From assembly GCA_946965045.2 (NCBI GenBank), contig OX337235.1, positions 2,852,001-2,916,000 on the forward strand: 64,000 nucleotides of DNA. Direction: 5' to 3'. Positions 45,498 through 56,560 of this stretch are shown here, in pieces (positions within the stretch are counted from its first letter, which is position 1; each line of letters opens with the position of its first letter). The position numbers were made by a program, and so were the translations under genes. Source of the stretch: Epithemia pelagica. Its lineage: Eukaryota; Protista; Bacillariophyta. The notes under the pieces are model-generated. The model did no database searches and was not told the DNA's origin. It saw only the letters and a program-made list of their open reading frames with translations.

Positions 45498-48400
45498 CGA
45501 ACACACTACCACCATGGATGGTTGCCTGCCTGGAGTTCTCCCGAGGACAATCATGGTACAATTCGAGCACAAATTCTTCATCAACTAGAGGAACAATTGA
45601 AACCCTCGGGAACCATTTCCCTTATACAGCTCAAGACCAGGCCGACGACGACGACGACCAAACTGACAAATCCCAGCAGCAGCAAGAACCAAACCAAGAC
45701 GAGCCGCAATGTTGAACGAGTCCATTCATTCTCCAAATTACCGTCGTCATCATTACACCAATCGTTGGATGCCAGTTCGTCGTCGTCGACAACCATCCAT
45801 GATGATGATCATGATCATGATGCAGGAGGTTGTGTGGCATGGATTGAATTTGCACACCCCAATGCCGTGACGTGGGCCATGGCCGAATGGGGGACGCATA
45901 CATGGGTCGATCCTCCTTCCACCACCACCATCACACTGGAGAATGACACCACCCCTCGGCAAGAGCCACTGGGCGGTTGGAAGAACTCGTGGCCTCCACA
46001 AGCCTCGTATTTGGAATATTCAAACGACACTCCAACAACCAACATCAACGTCGACACGAGTGAACGGCGTCCACGTCGTACCTTGACTGTCACCACATTG
46101 AATCATGTGCGACGTCAGGAACGATACGAACGACAGATGCAACATCAAGCCTATCAACGCGAGGCCCAAAAGCAGCAAACCGCCTTTGGTCGACACGTTT
46201 GCGATACCACCACACCGTGGCAACTGCCACGGTGGAACAGAGTACCGTGGACGACGGGTCAACCGGCCTTTTTGTATCGAATGGTCCTTCGACCACCCCG
46301 ACTCTCTGAAATGGATGGTTCTTCTTCTTCTTGTCGTTCGTCCTCCGTTTTACAATCCATCAAGGAACGACCCATTACCATGGGCTTGCTTCTGCCGGTG
46401 GACTTGCAAGAATTGTGTCGCTTGTCGTCGTCCTGTTCGTCGTCGTCCAAGGAATTTTTTGTGCAAACGTCCTTTTTCATTCCCTTGTCCCATACCAACC
46501 AGTCGGTCGAATGGACAGTACAATTGCATTCCTGTGGTGGTGGTTCCAGGGTGCCGTCGGGAGTTACGTCCTGTCAATTGCAGTGGTTGCGACACTTTCA
46601 ACACGTGTTGCGAAATTGGAAAACCTATGGCCATGGGCGAAACCAAGACAGGAACCATGACGACAGTGATGATATGGAACTCGACGACGTGTCTCTCCTG
46701 CCGTCCTTGACCCAGGATGGATCGACGGGGTTTTTGGTTCCTCTCGTGCAACGACAGGAAGACGGCTCTTGTTGTACAGACAGGGAAACAAGGACTCATA
46801 CGTCATTGTCCTTGTCACACGAATGGGACATTGACTGGACTGTGTTGGAACATGAAATGAAACGACATACCATTCCCTTTTTGGATCATCGGCGTCATTG
46901 TTGTCCTCAAGGCGACCGACAGCAACCACCACCAACAATCCCTAATGAACACAAATCCTTTGTCAACGCTATGGCATGTACGCATTTGGTATTGCATCGA
47001 CAAATGCGACACATGATAGAGCCAATCGCCATGCAGAACGACGATGATGACAATCATGGTTGGACGGCCGTATCCCCCTTTCCGTCCCAGTTTCAAACGA
47101 TATCGTCGGCCAAACACGACTTTTTTCTACGACGGTTTGGATTGAATCTCCACACGGCCACCTTTGCCGACTATTATGAAAAACGATATGGTACGTTGTG
47201 AGACAAAATGTTGCTTCTAGTTGTTGGTATGTTGTAGTCTCACACCAGTGCCACAGACATGCCAGTCAAGCACGTGAATGAGCCGTTGGTGCAAGCAAGA
47301 GTGGTCAAGTCCTTGGCCGATCACAATTGGTACGATGCGTCCCGACAATTACTCAAGGAGGAAACCAACAAGGCATTGGAAGAAGAATATGGTGAAATGT
47401 CTACCGAACCTCACACTACAAACCAAGACAGAAACGAAACAAGCCATGACAATAGCAACGCACAAAAAGACGACCACCCGGTTCATCTCCTTGCCGAATA
47501 TATTCAGATTTTACCGGTCCCTCTTCCCCTCTTGTTTGTCATGCAGTATCAACCCTATTTCATGTCGGCTCTTGGACGGGAAATTGATTTGTGTCTGTTA
47601 GAGCATCGGCTATTAGAGTGTGTGATCAAGCCAGGAAATGCCCAAGAGAATGAGAAACGACAAGATCCACTGGACGAAGCTCACCGAAACGTCACTGTTC
47701 CGACGGACAATAAGAATCGCAAAGAGCCACACCACCATGTCCCATTGGTTGAGTTGTTACGCCAAGCGACCACTCTGGTCCCTATTCCTCTCTACGATCG
47801 GCTCGAGTTTTTGGGTGATGCTGTATTAGGATATTGTTTGGCAATCAATTTGTTTGCAACCAATCCATTGTGGCTCGAGGATCTGTCACCAAAGGACGAA
47901 ACAAGATATTCTCCTTCCAACCTCTTGGCATTCTTGGATCGCACATGGGACAATTTTAGTATGGCCGAGCACATTAGTCGGGCTGGTAAGAATAAGGCAC
48001 TGGCTGAGGTGGCCAAACGGATACAGCTCCAAAATGTCTTGTTCGTTCAAGCACCCTTTCAGAGTGCGTACCGAGGACAGGACAGCCAGCAACCATCCAG
48101 CAACAAAAACAAGACCCCACCTATAAGTCAGAAAACATTGAGTGATTGTGTCGAAAGTCTCTTGTGTGCGGCTTTTTTATCCCACGTCCAAGAGCCGCTT
48201 TTGGTCTTTATTCTCAATCTGTTGCAGTTACCCCTCCCCGCGACAAGTGAGAAAAGCTCTTCAAGTGCAAGTACTTGCTGGTTTCAAGCCTCTGGAACAG
48301 CATTACAGCATGGTTACTCGTTCTCCGATTGCCACCTTAATCGATTATCCGAGGTGGCTGACATCTTAAATACCAGGGAAGCTGTTCAAGAAAAGCTTCA

Positions 48401-49245
48401 TCAAAACGTTCATCAGCTCATGGAGATTCTTGGAATTGACGTGCTAAGCAGAGGTAACAACGTTGGCCAATACGACAAGGGTTTCTGCACTTACACCTGC
48501 AAGGATACGGACGATTCAATTCTCATGCAATGCGCCTTATTTGACGACGACCTCCTTACGGAAGCTTCAAGCGTTGGTCATGAAATGCTTCCCCTGGCGC
48601 TCATCCGTGAGAGCCTGTTCACTGTTGGTGCCTATGCACTTCAATTGATGATTTCTCATCACTTTGTTGAATCGTGTCGACATGCCAATTCCAATGATTT
48701 GCATGTTCTCCGAGCCTGCGTAAGTTCGCGGAAAAGGAACAATGGATCACGTTTCTCTCCCAATCTTGTCTGACAGATTTCATACAATGACCTCGCGTCT
48801 TGCTCAACAGGCCATGTCGGATGACGTGATTGCGTACATAATGGTGAAAAACGGAATACATGAGTGTCTTTATGACCAAAACGCGGAAGCGATTGTCTTT
48901 TGTGTGAGTCAAGTGCAGCGGGCCGAAAGATTGGCTTTGGAACTGCAACAAAAAAATGACAAACAAGACGAGGAAACATTTGTTTTGAAAAAGTATCCTG
49001 GAGTCGTCGGAGGACGACTACGAGGATCCGAATCGACCAAGCTTGAAGAAAAGTATACGAGGGAACTGATGTTTTCTTTCAAGTGTATTGTGGGAGCTAT
49101 GACCTTGTCCATGGGTACCAAGGCAATGTGGGTGATCATTGCACAGTTGTTCGATGAGCTGTTAGAACTCTCACCCGAGGTGCTACGCCTCCATTTCAAT
49201 GAATCAACAGTGGTGCAAGCCTACTACTGTGAGACAAAAAAGTGA
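44586..49245 (+). CDS. Dicer-like RNase III protein (RRM-like, PAZ-like, RNase III, degenerate RNase III); introns 47191-47256 and 48720-48810
   Basis: RNase III signature DRLEFLGDAVL and SDCVESLL; TFADYYEKRY PAZ-like motif; spliced junction LRAC|AMSDDVIAY; polyQ and other low-complexity tracts. Confidence 0.8.
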
Positions 49246-49593
49246 GATGACTATGAATAAGCGGGTGTGTGCATGGATTAAAAGAGTAAAGAACGACTTA
49301 AAAAGCAACAAAGGGTTGCCAGTACATTTACTATTTCATTAGAGGACAGCCACTTCCTTGTGTATTTTACAAACGTAGCACTGATAATCGACATGTCCAA
49401 GCCTGTAGGTTGAGCACTATTTTTCAGGCTTCCGGTAGCGAAACCCGCATAAACTAAAATACTTGTCATTTCCTGCCTGGAAGATGGTTGAAATATGAGG
49501 GTGGCGGCCTTTCATAATTGCGCTACGACGGAAATCGTTATGTGATTGAGGGAGTAGATATTCCCGCTCATTGTTGTCTCGTTGCAGCACACT

Positions 49594-50077
49594 TTATTCT
49601 CGTTGAGGTCCCCGAATACGTCGTGCCAAATGAAGGTCTTTGGGCATGATAGTGACGCGCTTGGCATGAATGGCACAGTAGTTTGCGTCTTCAAATAGAC
49701 CCACCAGATGCGCTTCGGCAGCCTCTTGGAGTGCCAGGATCGCGGTGCCTTGCCATCGATACGGTTTCCCGAAGACAAGCGTTTGAATTTCCCGAACAAG
49801 CCGGGCAAATGGCAGTCGTCGGAGCAACAAGTCGGTGCTTTTTTGGTACGCACGAATCTCCTTAAGAGCACGTTCTCCTACATCACAGGTTCCACGGTTC
49901 AACCAACAACGTGTCAGATGTCACAATCAAGCTGGAAAAAACTCAAATCCTCCTGTACCTACCAGGCCGCATTCGTCTTCTTCTACGGGCTGGCTCCTGT
50001 CTTTGTTGTCCCTCGGGAACTTGACGTGATCTTCCAAGTCTCGGACGAGAGCGTCCTGTTTGCTTGAACCGCGCCAT
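49594..50077 (-). CDS. CENH3: Centromeric histone H3 variant (intron 49878-49962)
   Basis: Histone fold [16 protein letters not shown]...[10 protein letters not shown]...RWQ...[15 protein letters not shown] with CENH3 hallmarks (Q68 to A, F84 to W, loop 1 one residue longer) and a divergent R-rich tail ([13 protein letters not shown]...). Confidence 0.9.
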
Positions 50078-50285
50078 TATTTCTTTTCTGTTTGATTCTT
50101 TTGTTCCTTCGAAAAAGGGCGTGGGTGTCCGTTCTCCGTTCTCCCTTCTTTCTTCTTTGGGTCAGTCGCAAAATGGCGAGAGACGAAAGTCCAAGCGAAA
50201 GATCGTCCGGCGACGCTTCGGCGTGACATGTGTGACCGGCGCGAAATAGTATGCTGTACAAGTACACTACTTATGTAATGCGTGA

Positions 50286-51743
50286 ATGGGATTTACCGAG
50301 TACCGAGTAAGAGTACTGGTACTAATTGTACACGACACACGATTTTTCTCACACCACCACACACACACACCATCGACCACCGACCACACCGACCACACAC
50401 GCACACACCCCGCACACACCCAAATAATCGGACAACACAGTCAAAAACACAATAAACAGCGGGGACAAGTGCCAGTCGTGTACCTCTCGGCGTCGTCCCG
50501 ACACAATTTCGAACTCCTTCTGAGAGCTTACAACGCCTTCCACCAAGCCGCCACCGAAAACGAAATCCATTGGCGTGGTAACATCATCCAGGTGCTGCCC
50601 ATCCCCAAGAACCAACAAACCAGAACAACCACCCTCGAAGCTTTGAAAGACCTAGACCAATACTTTGGAGCTAGTGTCAGAATTCGCCTCCACCCTCTCA
50701 ACGAGTTGGCTTCCGAGAGCGACTGGACCGAACTCCCGTCCATCCCCAACTACCAAGCGGCATTCCCTGAGTTCTGCCACCACCAACCCGAGCCGGTGGC
50801 ATACCATCTACACCTGCTCCGAACACCGGACACCCACCACATCAACTCAACCACAATCCGCAACTACCCCGGATTTCCTTCTAACATACTCCGCCCCACA
50901 ATGGCAGCAGCGGCTGCGTCACCCGCAAGACAACAAAACCCCAATGAACAGGCGGCGCAACCTCACACCCACACATCCAGACTCCTCGACCTTACTCGTC
51001 GAATCACACAGCGTACCCAGGACAACGAGGGCAGCAACACCGACAACACATCAGCTACCACCACAACACGAGCACGTTCCACCACACCGACTACACAACC
51101 ACCAAGAAAGAGGGCCGCCCCCTCCGACGACACGAACACAAACAATGACCAAACCTCGTCCGACAACAACAGCGACCCCTACGACGACAGATACAACTGG
51201 ACCACCGTAGCCGAAACGGCCGCTCGACAAAGCGAAGCACACCACAACAGAGGATTCGACATCCACACCGACAGTCAAAACACCTTCGTTTCGACCCTGT
51301 CCTCGGTCAACCGGTACTCCATCTTAGGGGAGCAACAAGAGGAGTCTTACAACAAAGAAACCGACCGCTACCACGACGGGAACCCAAGCGATGTGGACAT
51401 GGACGAAGAAGACTTGGACGAATGGGACAACATGTCCGCTTCAGAACGTTCCAAAGCCTTGCTCCATCCAAAAGAAACCTCCCCCAACGACCCCTCACAG
51501 AACACTCTGAGTGAAATACAGCAAATCAAGGCGTTTGTCCAACACAACAACAGCTCTCAGCTCCCGGCCCTGGAGAAGTACATCGGCACCATCACCTCCT
51601 TCACCACGGAAACAGACGCGCAAGACGCCTGGGAATTCGCGGAGAGGCTCGTCCAGCAGACACGGCCCTCGAATTCCCCCGTCGCCGGCCCCCGCCCCGG
51701 CCATGTGGACCCGCATGACAACATGGGCCAAAGGGCCAAATGA
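50286..51743 (+). CDS. ORF1 of the CRE-like element, unknown function (start uncertain)
   Basis: 485-aa open frame with the same compositional bias as ORF2; its TGA overlaps the ORF2 ATG. Confidence 0.6.
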   Translation: MGFTEYRVRVLVLIVHDTRFFSHHHTHTPSTTDHTDHTRTHPAHTQIIGQHSQKHNKQRGQVPVVYLSASSRHNFELLLRAYNAFHQAATENEIHWRGNIIQVLPIPKNQQTRTTTLEALKDLDQYFGASVRIRLHPLNELASESDWTELPSIPNYQAAFPEFCHHQPEPVAYHLHLLRTPDTHHINSTTIRNYPGFPSNILRPTMAAAAASPARQQNPNEQAAQPHTHTSRLLDLTRRITQRTQDNEGSNTDNTSATTTTRARSTTPTTQPPRKRAAPSDDTNTNNDQTSSDNNSDPYDDRYNWTTVAETAARQSEAHHNRGFDIHTDSQNTFVSTLSSVNRYSILGEQQEESYNKETDRYHDGNPSDVDMDEEDLDEWDNMSASERSKALLHPKETSPNDPSQNTLSEIQQIKAFVQHNNSSQLPALEKYIGTITSFTTETDAQDAWEFAERLVQQTRPSNSPVAGPRPGHVDPHDNMGQRAK

Positions 51744-54700
51744 GCAGCCAAATCCACCCGATCCGGTGCTGCCCGGTACCAAACTGCAGCTGGAAACCAA
51801 CCGATACACCAACACAAAAACAGAACAAAAAAGAAACCATCCTCCAACTGAAACAACACCTCATCCAAGCACACAGCGACACTCCCCTGTCGGACCACAT
51901 CGACGAAACTTACTGCAAACGGCACGGCATCCATGCGTGTCTCCAATGCAACAAGCCTACAACGATCTTCACCACTCCCGGCCACCTGAGAAACCATCAA
52001 GAGAATAAGCATACTAGAACAACAACCAATTTACAGATAGTATTAAATACTTACAGGCACGCAGACAACCAGACGGCACAAACTTGGAACGCCGCCATCG
52101 ATTTTCTCCACAACTTGGAGATCACACCCCCTCCGTTCCGGAGGACGATATGGCACAAGCTAAAACACCCCCTACGCCAAGAATACTTCGTGGCCTATCA
52201 CAACGTCGTCCGTTGGACACTCGAAGCCACACCCCCACTCCGAAACGAAACAAAGAGAGACACACGACCAAGCGCAGCACAAACGGACTCCAGCCCCTTC
52301 TGGAAGCTCCTTCTCCTCATGGAACCTCTCCTTTTAGCACCCCCAGCAGCCACCGAACACAAACGACCTTCCGACGCAATACGAGCACGGCACCAATTGC
52401 TCAAAGAAGGCAAAATTCAAGATCTCTACGATGCCATCTGGCAGCCCCCAGCGGACCGACAGCCCGGACAACAACCGACACCAAGCCGGGGACAAGACCA
52501 CCAACACGCCCCCCCTCCCTCTAGAGTAGCGGCGGCACAAAGAGCGGCAGACGCAGGAAACTACTCCACCGCCTTCACAAGGCTTACAACCCACATGCCG
52601 ACAGCAACCTTGACGCCGCCACGAGTAGAAACCATCCGAAAAGAGCTCTTCCCCCCACGACGAGACCCACCAACAACAACGAGACAAAAAGGACACCTCA
52701 AACATCCACCGGCCCCAGACCAATATCTCCATCTAGAAAGCAGATTGTTCGAACTGGCGATCCGCCAGATGAAACCCGGCACAGCCTCGGGACCGTTCGC
52801 GTCCTGCACAGACGCCCTGACAACGATGGCGTTACACCGCACGACCAGAGCACCCAATTCCACGCGGCCGTACTTCCAGAGCCTACAACAGCTCTTCCAG
52901 TTGATTGTTACGGCACAACTCCCACCACCAATCCACGCCATCCTGGGTAGCAACTATTTTTTGGCCTTACACAAAGACCCCACCCGCCCAGAACGCCTAC
53001 GACCCATCGGCATAGGAACAGCACTCCGCCGCATGGCAGCCAAGATCGCCCTGGTTCACGTCTCCGACGCCGTCACGCCCCTACTCGTCGCCGGGGGACA
53101 GTACGGAATACAAGTCCCCGGCGGCATCGACTTTGTGGCCCACACAACAATGGCCGCCGTTCAAAGCAACATCATCCAACCACCAACACCAACCCGAGCC
53201 CTTCTACTCCTCGACCTAAAAAACATGTTCAACAACACGTCGAGGACTGCGGCGCGCCAGATTTTGTTACAACACAAGGCCACTGCGCCACTCGTCCCCC
53301 TCTTCGACTTACTCACACAAACGGCCACCCCGTCATGGTACTTCAACGAATACCAAACGGCCGACAAGTTCATGCAAACAGAAGGATTCCCGCAAGGATG
53401 CCCGTTGAGCCCTCTTTTTTCTTGCCTCGTCCTCCTGGCCCTCACGGATCAAATCAACACCGAACAACTGGCACGAGCCAGCGCTCGTCTGCAAGCAGGA
53501 GACTCCCACGACGACGGTAAGGGAGGCCGAGCGCACACTGCGTCGATAATGGACGACACGTCCATTAGCCTACCACACGACGACTTACCTTGGTTCTTAC
53601 GACGCTTCGGAGAGTTAGGCAAACCGCTCGGAGTAGAACTTAGCAAACACAAAACTTACATCCTAACCACCACCACAGGCACCTCCCCGACGAGCCTCCT
53701 CACCAACACCAAAAAAGAGAGCCTCATCACAGCACTAAGCTTCCTCAACCCCGCCGACCCCAGGCACCACGAGATTACTGGCGGTACCAGGTTCCTTGGG
53801 CAGCCCATTGGATCGCCCGACTTTGCCAGACAGTTCATTGCACTCTGTCTGGAAAAAATGTCGCAAAACATCAGCATGTTAGAGGACCTTCCGGATTTGC
53901 AAACCAGAAGCCACCTTTTCCGATACTCACTTGTACCATCAATCCTCCACCTTCTCCCGGTCGACATGGTCCTCGCCCACCCAGACTCCCAGTCCGCTGC
54001 CACCGTCTGGGAGAGCCCTGCAACAAACCACACACACAAACTGGTCAAACAGTTCCTAGCACAACTGACATCAACCCCCCACGACAAGATCACCGAAACA
54101 GCAACGTTGATAGCCTCAATTCCCAACCGTTTAGGAGGTTTGGGCTACCACAACGCCTCCTCTGCCGCCCGCCCCCGGCTTATCACCCAAACTGCTCGCA
54201 CCCTCAAGCTCGCCGTTTCCACGGAAACTCCCGTCCCTGGACCACACAAAACTTTTTGGGAAGATTGGCAACATAGCGAGCTGCCGTGGCTGACAACTTT
54301 CCGCCGTTCCCTCACCCTTTATGCAAAAGAATACGCCGGGGGACACCTTACCGATCCAAGGCGATTCGATCACACCACACACCGTGGATTGTTACATCAT
54401 ACGATCACTGAGCACACCATCCCGCAGCTGATAGACCTGTCCCCTGCACACCTACGTCCGTCTCTTCCGTCCGCTCTTTCTCCCCTTACCAGTCTTGCTC
54501 TCCACCTACCCAGGACTGCCGAAGCGTTCCGTTTGGACAATCCAACCTTTGCCACAGCCGTGAAACGAAAACTTCGCTTGCCGTTGGTACCGGACAAGCT
54601 GTGCCACAAATGCATATGTACCAGTGGCCCACCCATCGACCCAGAAGGCGACCACCTATTCTCATGCTCTGCCACTTCCAAGACCGCCCTTTCCAACACA

Positions 54701-55564
54701 CTTCGGGACTCCCTTTTTGACATCCTCCAGCATCTTGCCCCACGGGCGGGTCTAGTCGAGGACTTTAGGGATGTGCATGTCGAGCCACCTGGCCTGGCTC
54801 CACAACACTCTCGGAACATAAGACCCGCCAATGTCGGACTGCTTTTACAGCAACCGCACAAAAACGATCCTTTTCATTATGTCGCCATCGACATAACGGT
54901 TCCCCCCCCACCAACCAGAACGCCAATTCCTGCCCCGGCCGACCCTATTGCCCTTGCCTCTGCTGCATCGAGGCCGCATCAGGAATCAGCTCGTTCGAAA
55001 TATTGCCGTGACGACGACACAGCCAAACACCTCTTCCAGAATGGAGTCTATCTCTTGCCGTTCACCATAGATCATCTTGGCTCCCTGGGTTCATTCGCCC
55101 ACTCCTTCCTCTTCCACAACGACGATCTACCACACCAATTCTCCTCCGCCATCCCACCGGAATGGCCAGACGCCCACTTCGGACGATCTCCCACAAGAAG
55201 CAAGTCACATGGAGCCTCATTTGCCCTGTACGAACAGCTCCAGGAACTCCCACGCAACATCGCAGCCAAAGCCACTGCCAAAACTCCTGGTTTTTCATTC
55301 CCCGAAGCACACATCAACTCGATAGGATACTTTGCCAAAGCCTCACTATCTCATGCCATCGTTTCTTCACTCGCGACGCACCTCAACAAACAGATATCAG
55401 CAACACGCGCACAAGAATTTCACAGCCGGATCCTTAAAACTCAGCGCGCCAGACTGGAACAAAAAGGCTTTGCCCCACAAATGCCTCTGTACACTCCATT
55501 CTCCTTAGCACAATTCTTCCCGGCAGAACATCAGCCCCACCTGTTATGCGGCACCGCCGCTTAG
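51740..55564 (+). CDS. ORF2: zinc fingers - reverse transcriptase - CCHC - REL endonuclease
   Basis: CPVPNC...HLIQAH; CLQC...HLRNHQENKH; LRPIGIG, QYG, LDLKNMFN, GFPQGCPLSP, IMDD, RFLGQPIG; CIC...DHLFSC; VEP...RPANV...AIDITV...E...SKY. Confidence 0.9.
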   Translation: MSSQIHPIRCCPVPNCSWKPTDTPTQKQNKKETILQLKQHLIQAHSDTPLSDHIDETYCKRHGIHACLQCNKPTTIFTTPGHLRNHQENKHTRTTTNLQIVLNTYRHADNQTAQTWNAAIDFLHNLEITPPPFRRTIWHKLKHPLRQEYFVAYHNVVRWTLEATPPLRNETKRDTRPSAAQTDSSPFWKLLLLMEPLLLAPPAATEHKRPSDAIRARHQLLKEGKIQDLYDAIWQPPADRQPGQQPTPSRGQDHQHAPPPSRVAAAQRAADAGNYSTAFTRLTTHMPTATLTPPRVETIRKELFPPRRDPPTTTRQKGHLKHPPAPDQYLHLESRLFELAIRQMKPGTASGPFASCTDALTTMALHRTTRAPNSTRPYFQSLQQLFQLIVTAQLPPPIHAILGSNYFLALHKDPTRPERLRPIGIGTALRRMAAKIALVHVSDAVTPLLVAGGQYGIQVPGGIDFVAHTTMAAVQSNIIQPPTPTRALLLLDLKNMFNNTSRTAARQILLQHKATAPLVPLFDLLTQTATPSWYFNEYQTADKFMQTEGFPQGCPLSPLFSCLVLLALTDQINTEQLARASARLQAGDSHDDGKGGRAHTASIMDDTSISLPHDDLPWFLRRFGELGKPLGVELSKHKTYILTTTTGTSPTSLLTNTKKESLITALSFLNPADPRHHEITGGTRFLGQPIGSPDFARQFIALCLEKMSQNISMLEDLPDLQTRSHLFRYSLVPSILHLLPVDMVLAHPDSQSAATVWESPATNHTHKLVKQFLAQLTSTPHDKITETATLIASIPNRLGGLGYHNASSAARPRLITQTARTLKLAVSTETPVPGPHKTFWEDWQHSELPWLTTFRRSLTLYAKEYAGGHLTDPRRFDHTTHRGLLHHTITEHTIPQLIDLSPAHLRPSLPSALSPLTSLALHLPRTAEAFRLDNPTFATAVKRKLRLPLVPDKLCHKCICTSGPPIDPEGDHLFSCSATSKTALSNTLRDSLFDILQHLAPRAGLVEDFRDVHVEPPGLAPQHSRNIRPANVGLLLQQPHKNDPFHYVAIDITVPPPPTRTPIPAPADPIALASAASRPHQESARSKYCRDDDTAKHLFQNGVYLLPFTIDHLGSLGSFAHSFLFHNDDLPHQFSSAIPPEWPDAHFGRSPTRSKSHGASFALYEQLQELPRNIAAKATAKTPGFSFPEAHINSIGYFAKASLSHAIVSSLATHLNKQISATRAQEFHSRILKTQRARLEQKGFAPQMPLYTPFSLAQFFPAEHQPHLLCGTAA

Positions 55565-55842
55565 CTGCGCCCGCCAACCGTAGACAACTAAAATAAAATA
55601 AAAGGACAAAAGCAACAAGCAACCATTGTCAATTGTCAACCAACCAATAACCATACCACAAGTCAGCTTCACTCTTTTCCCCTAACACTGACGTCGAACC
55701 TTGCTTCTCAAAGGTAACAATGAAAAGCAGTACAAGTGTCACAACAAAAAGAATAGCACCTTGACCAGCTACAAGCACCAAAACAACAACAACTCGAAAG
55801 CTATGAGCATGTGACGATAGTCCTTCAAGAATACGCAAGGCC

Positions 55843-56560
55843 ATCGATCTCATTGGATATCGTTTTCACATGATCTCGCCGGTCGAAACTCGCATGGTCA
55901 CATGGAAGATGGCACGAGCTTTTCGGTTTCGACCCTCCGTTCGCTCCGGAGAAAAATGTGTCGCACCCGACAATTTGGTGGAGTTCTTGACCACATTCTC
56001 GGGTGCCACACATTCTTCTCCGGATTGTCCCTGAGTTCCGAGCTTTGTCTTGTACGCAAGGCTATCGATCTCATTTGATATCGTTTTCACATCATCTCGC
56101 AGTTCGAACTCGCATGGTCACATGGAAGATGGCACCAGCTTTTCGGTTTCGACCCTCCGGTCGCTCTGGAGAATAACGGAGGGTCGAAACCGAAAAGCTG
56201 ATGCCCTCGAGAAGAGTGTTTCCGAGTTCCGATGCCAGCTACACCCGTCAAGAATTTGAAGCGGCCTTGTGGCACCCGACAATGAGTAGTTCTTGAATCT
56301 CTTTTATGCTGGTACCGCGGTGGTACCAGCATAAAACCAATTCAGGAACTCCACCACATTGTCGGGGTCACATGGAAGATGGCACCAGCTTTTCGGTTTC
56401 GACCCTCCGTTCGCTCTGGATAATAACGGAGGGTCGAAACTGTCACCGTGGTGGTTCCAGCATAAAACTGATTCAAGAAATCAACAACATTGTCGGGTGT
56501 CAGATTCTCGAGAATAGTGGTTCCGAATTCCGATGCCTGCTACTCCCGCCAAGAATTTGA
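55843..56560. repeat. Mosaic of short direct and inverted duplications with three perfect hairpins
   Basis: GGTCACATGGAAGATGGCAC...TTCGACCCTCCG unit three times; stems at 56136-56200, 56302-56336, 56396-56440. Confidence 0.85.

Larger units (their letters stand above)
50286..55602 (+). mobile_element. CRE-clade-like non-LTR retrotransposon (RT plus restriction-like endonuclease), two ORFs
   Basis: C/A-rich strand; ORF2 has N-terminal C2H2 fingers, RT, a C-terminal zinc motif and REL-like motif; AAAATAAAATAAAA after the stop. The 5' boundary and TSD are not defined. Confidence 0.8.

Noticed and set aside
44600-47100. Many overlapping antisense and alternate-frame ORFs in the Dicer-like, CRE-like and MFS regions
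   Set aside because: Expected by-products of low-complexity, stop-poor coding sequence.
39398-50077. CTF8, Dicer-like and CENH3 as a chromosome-segregation gene cluster
   Set aside because: Unrelated genes are interspersed and chance proximity is likely without synteny data.
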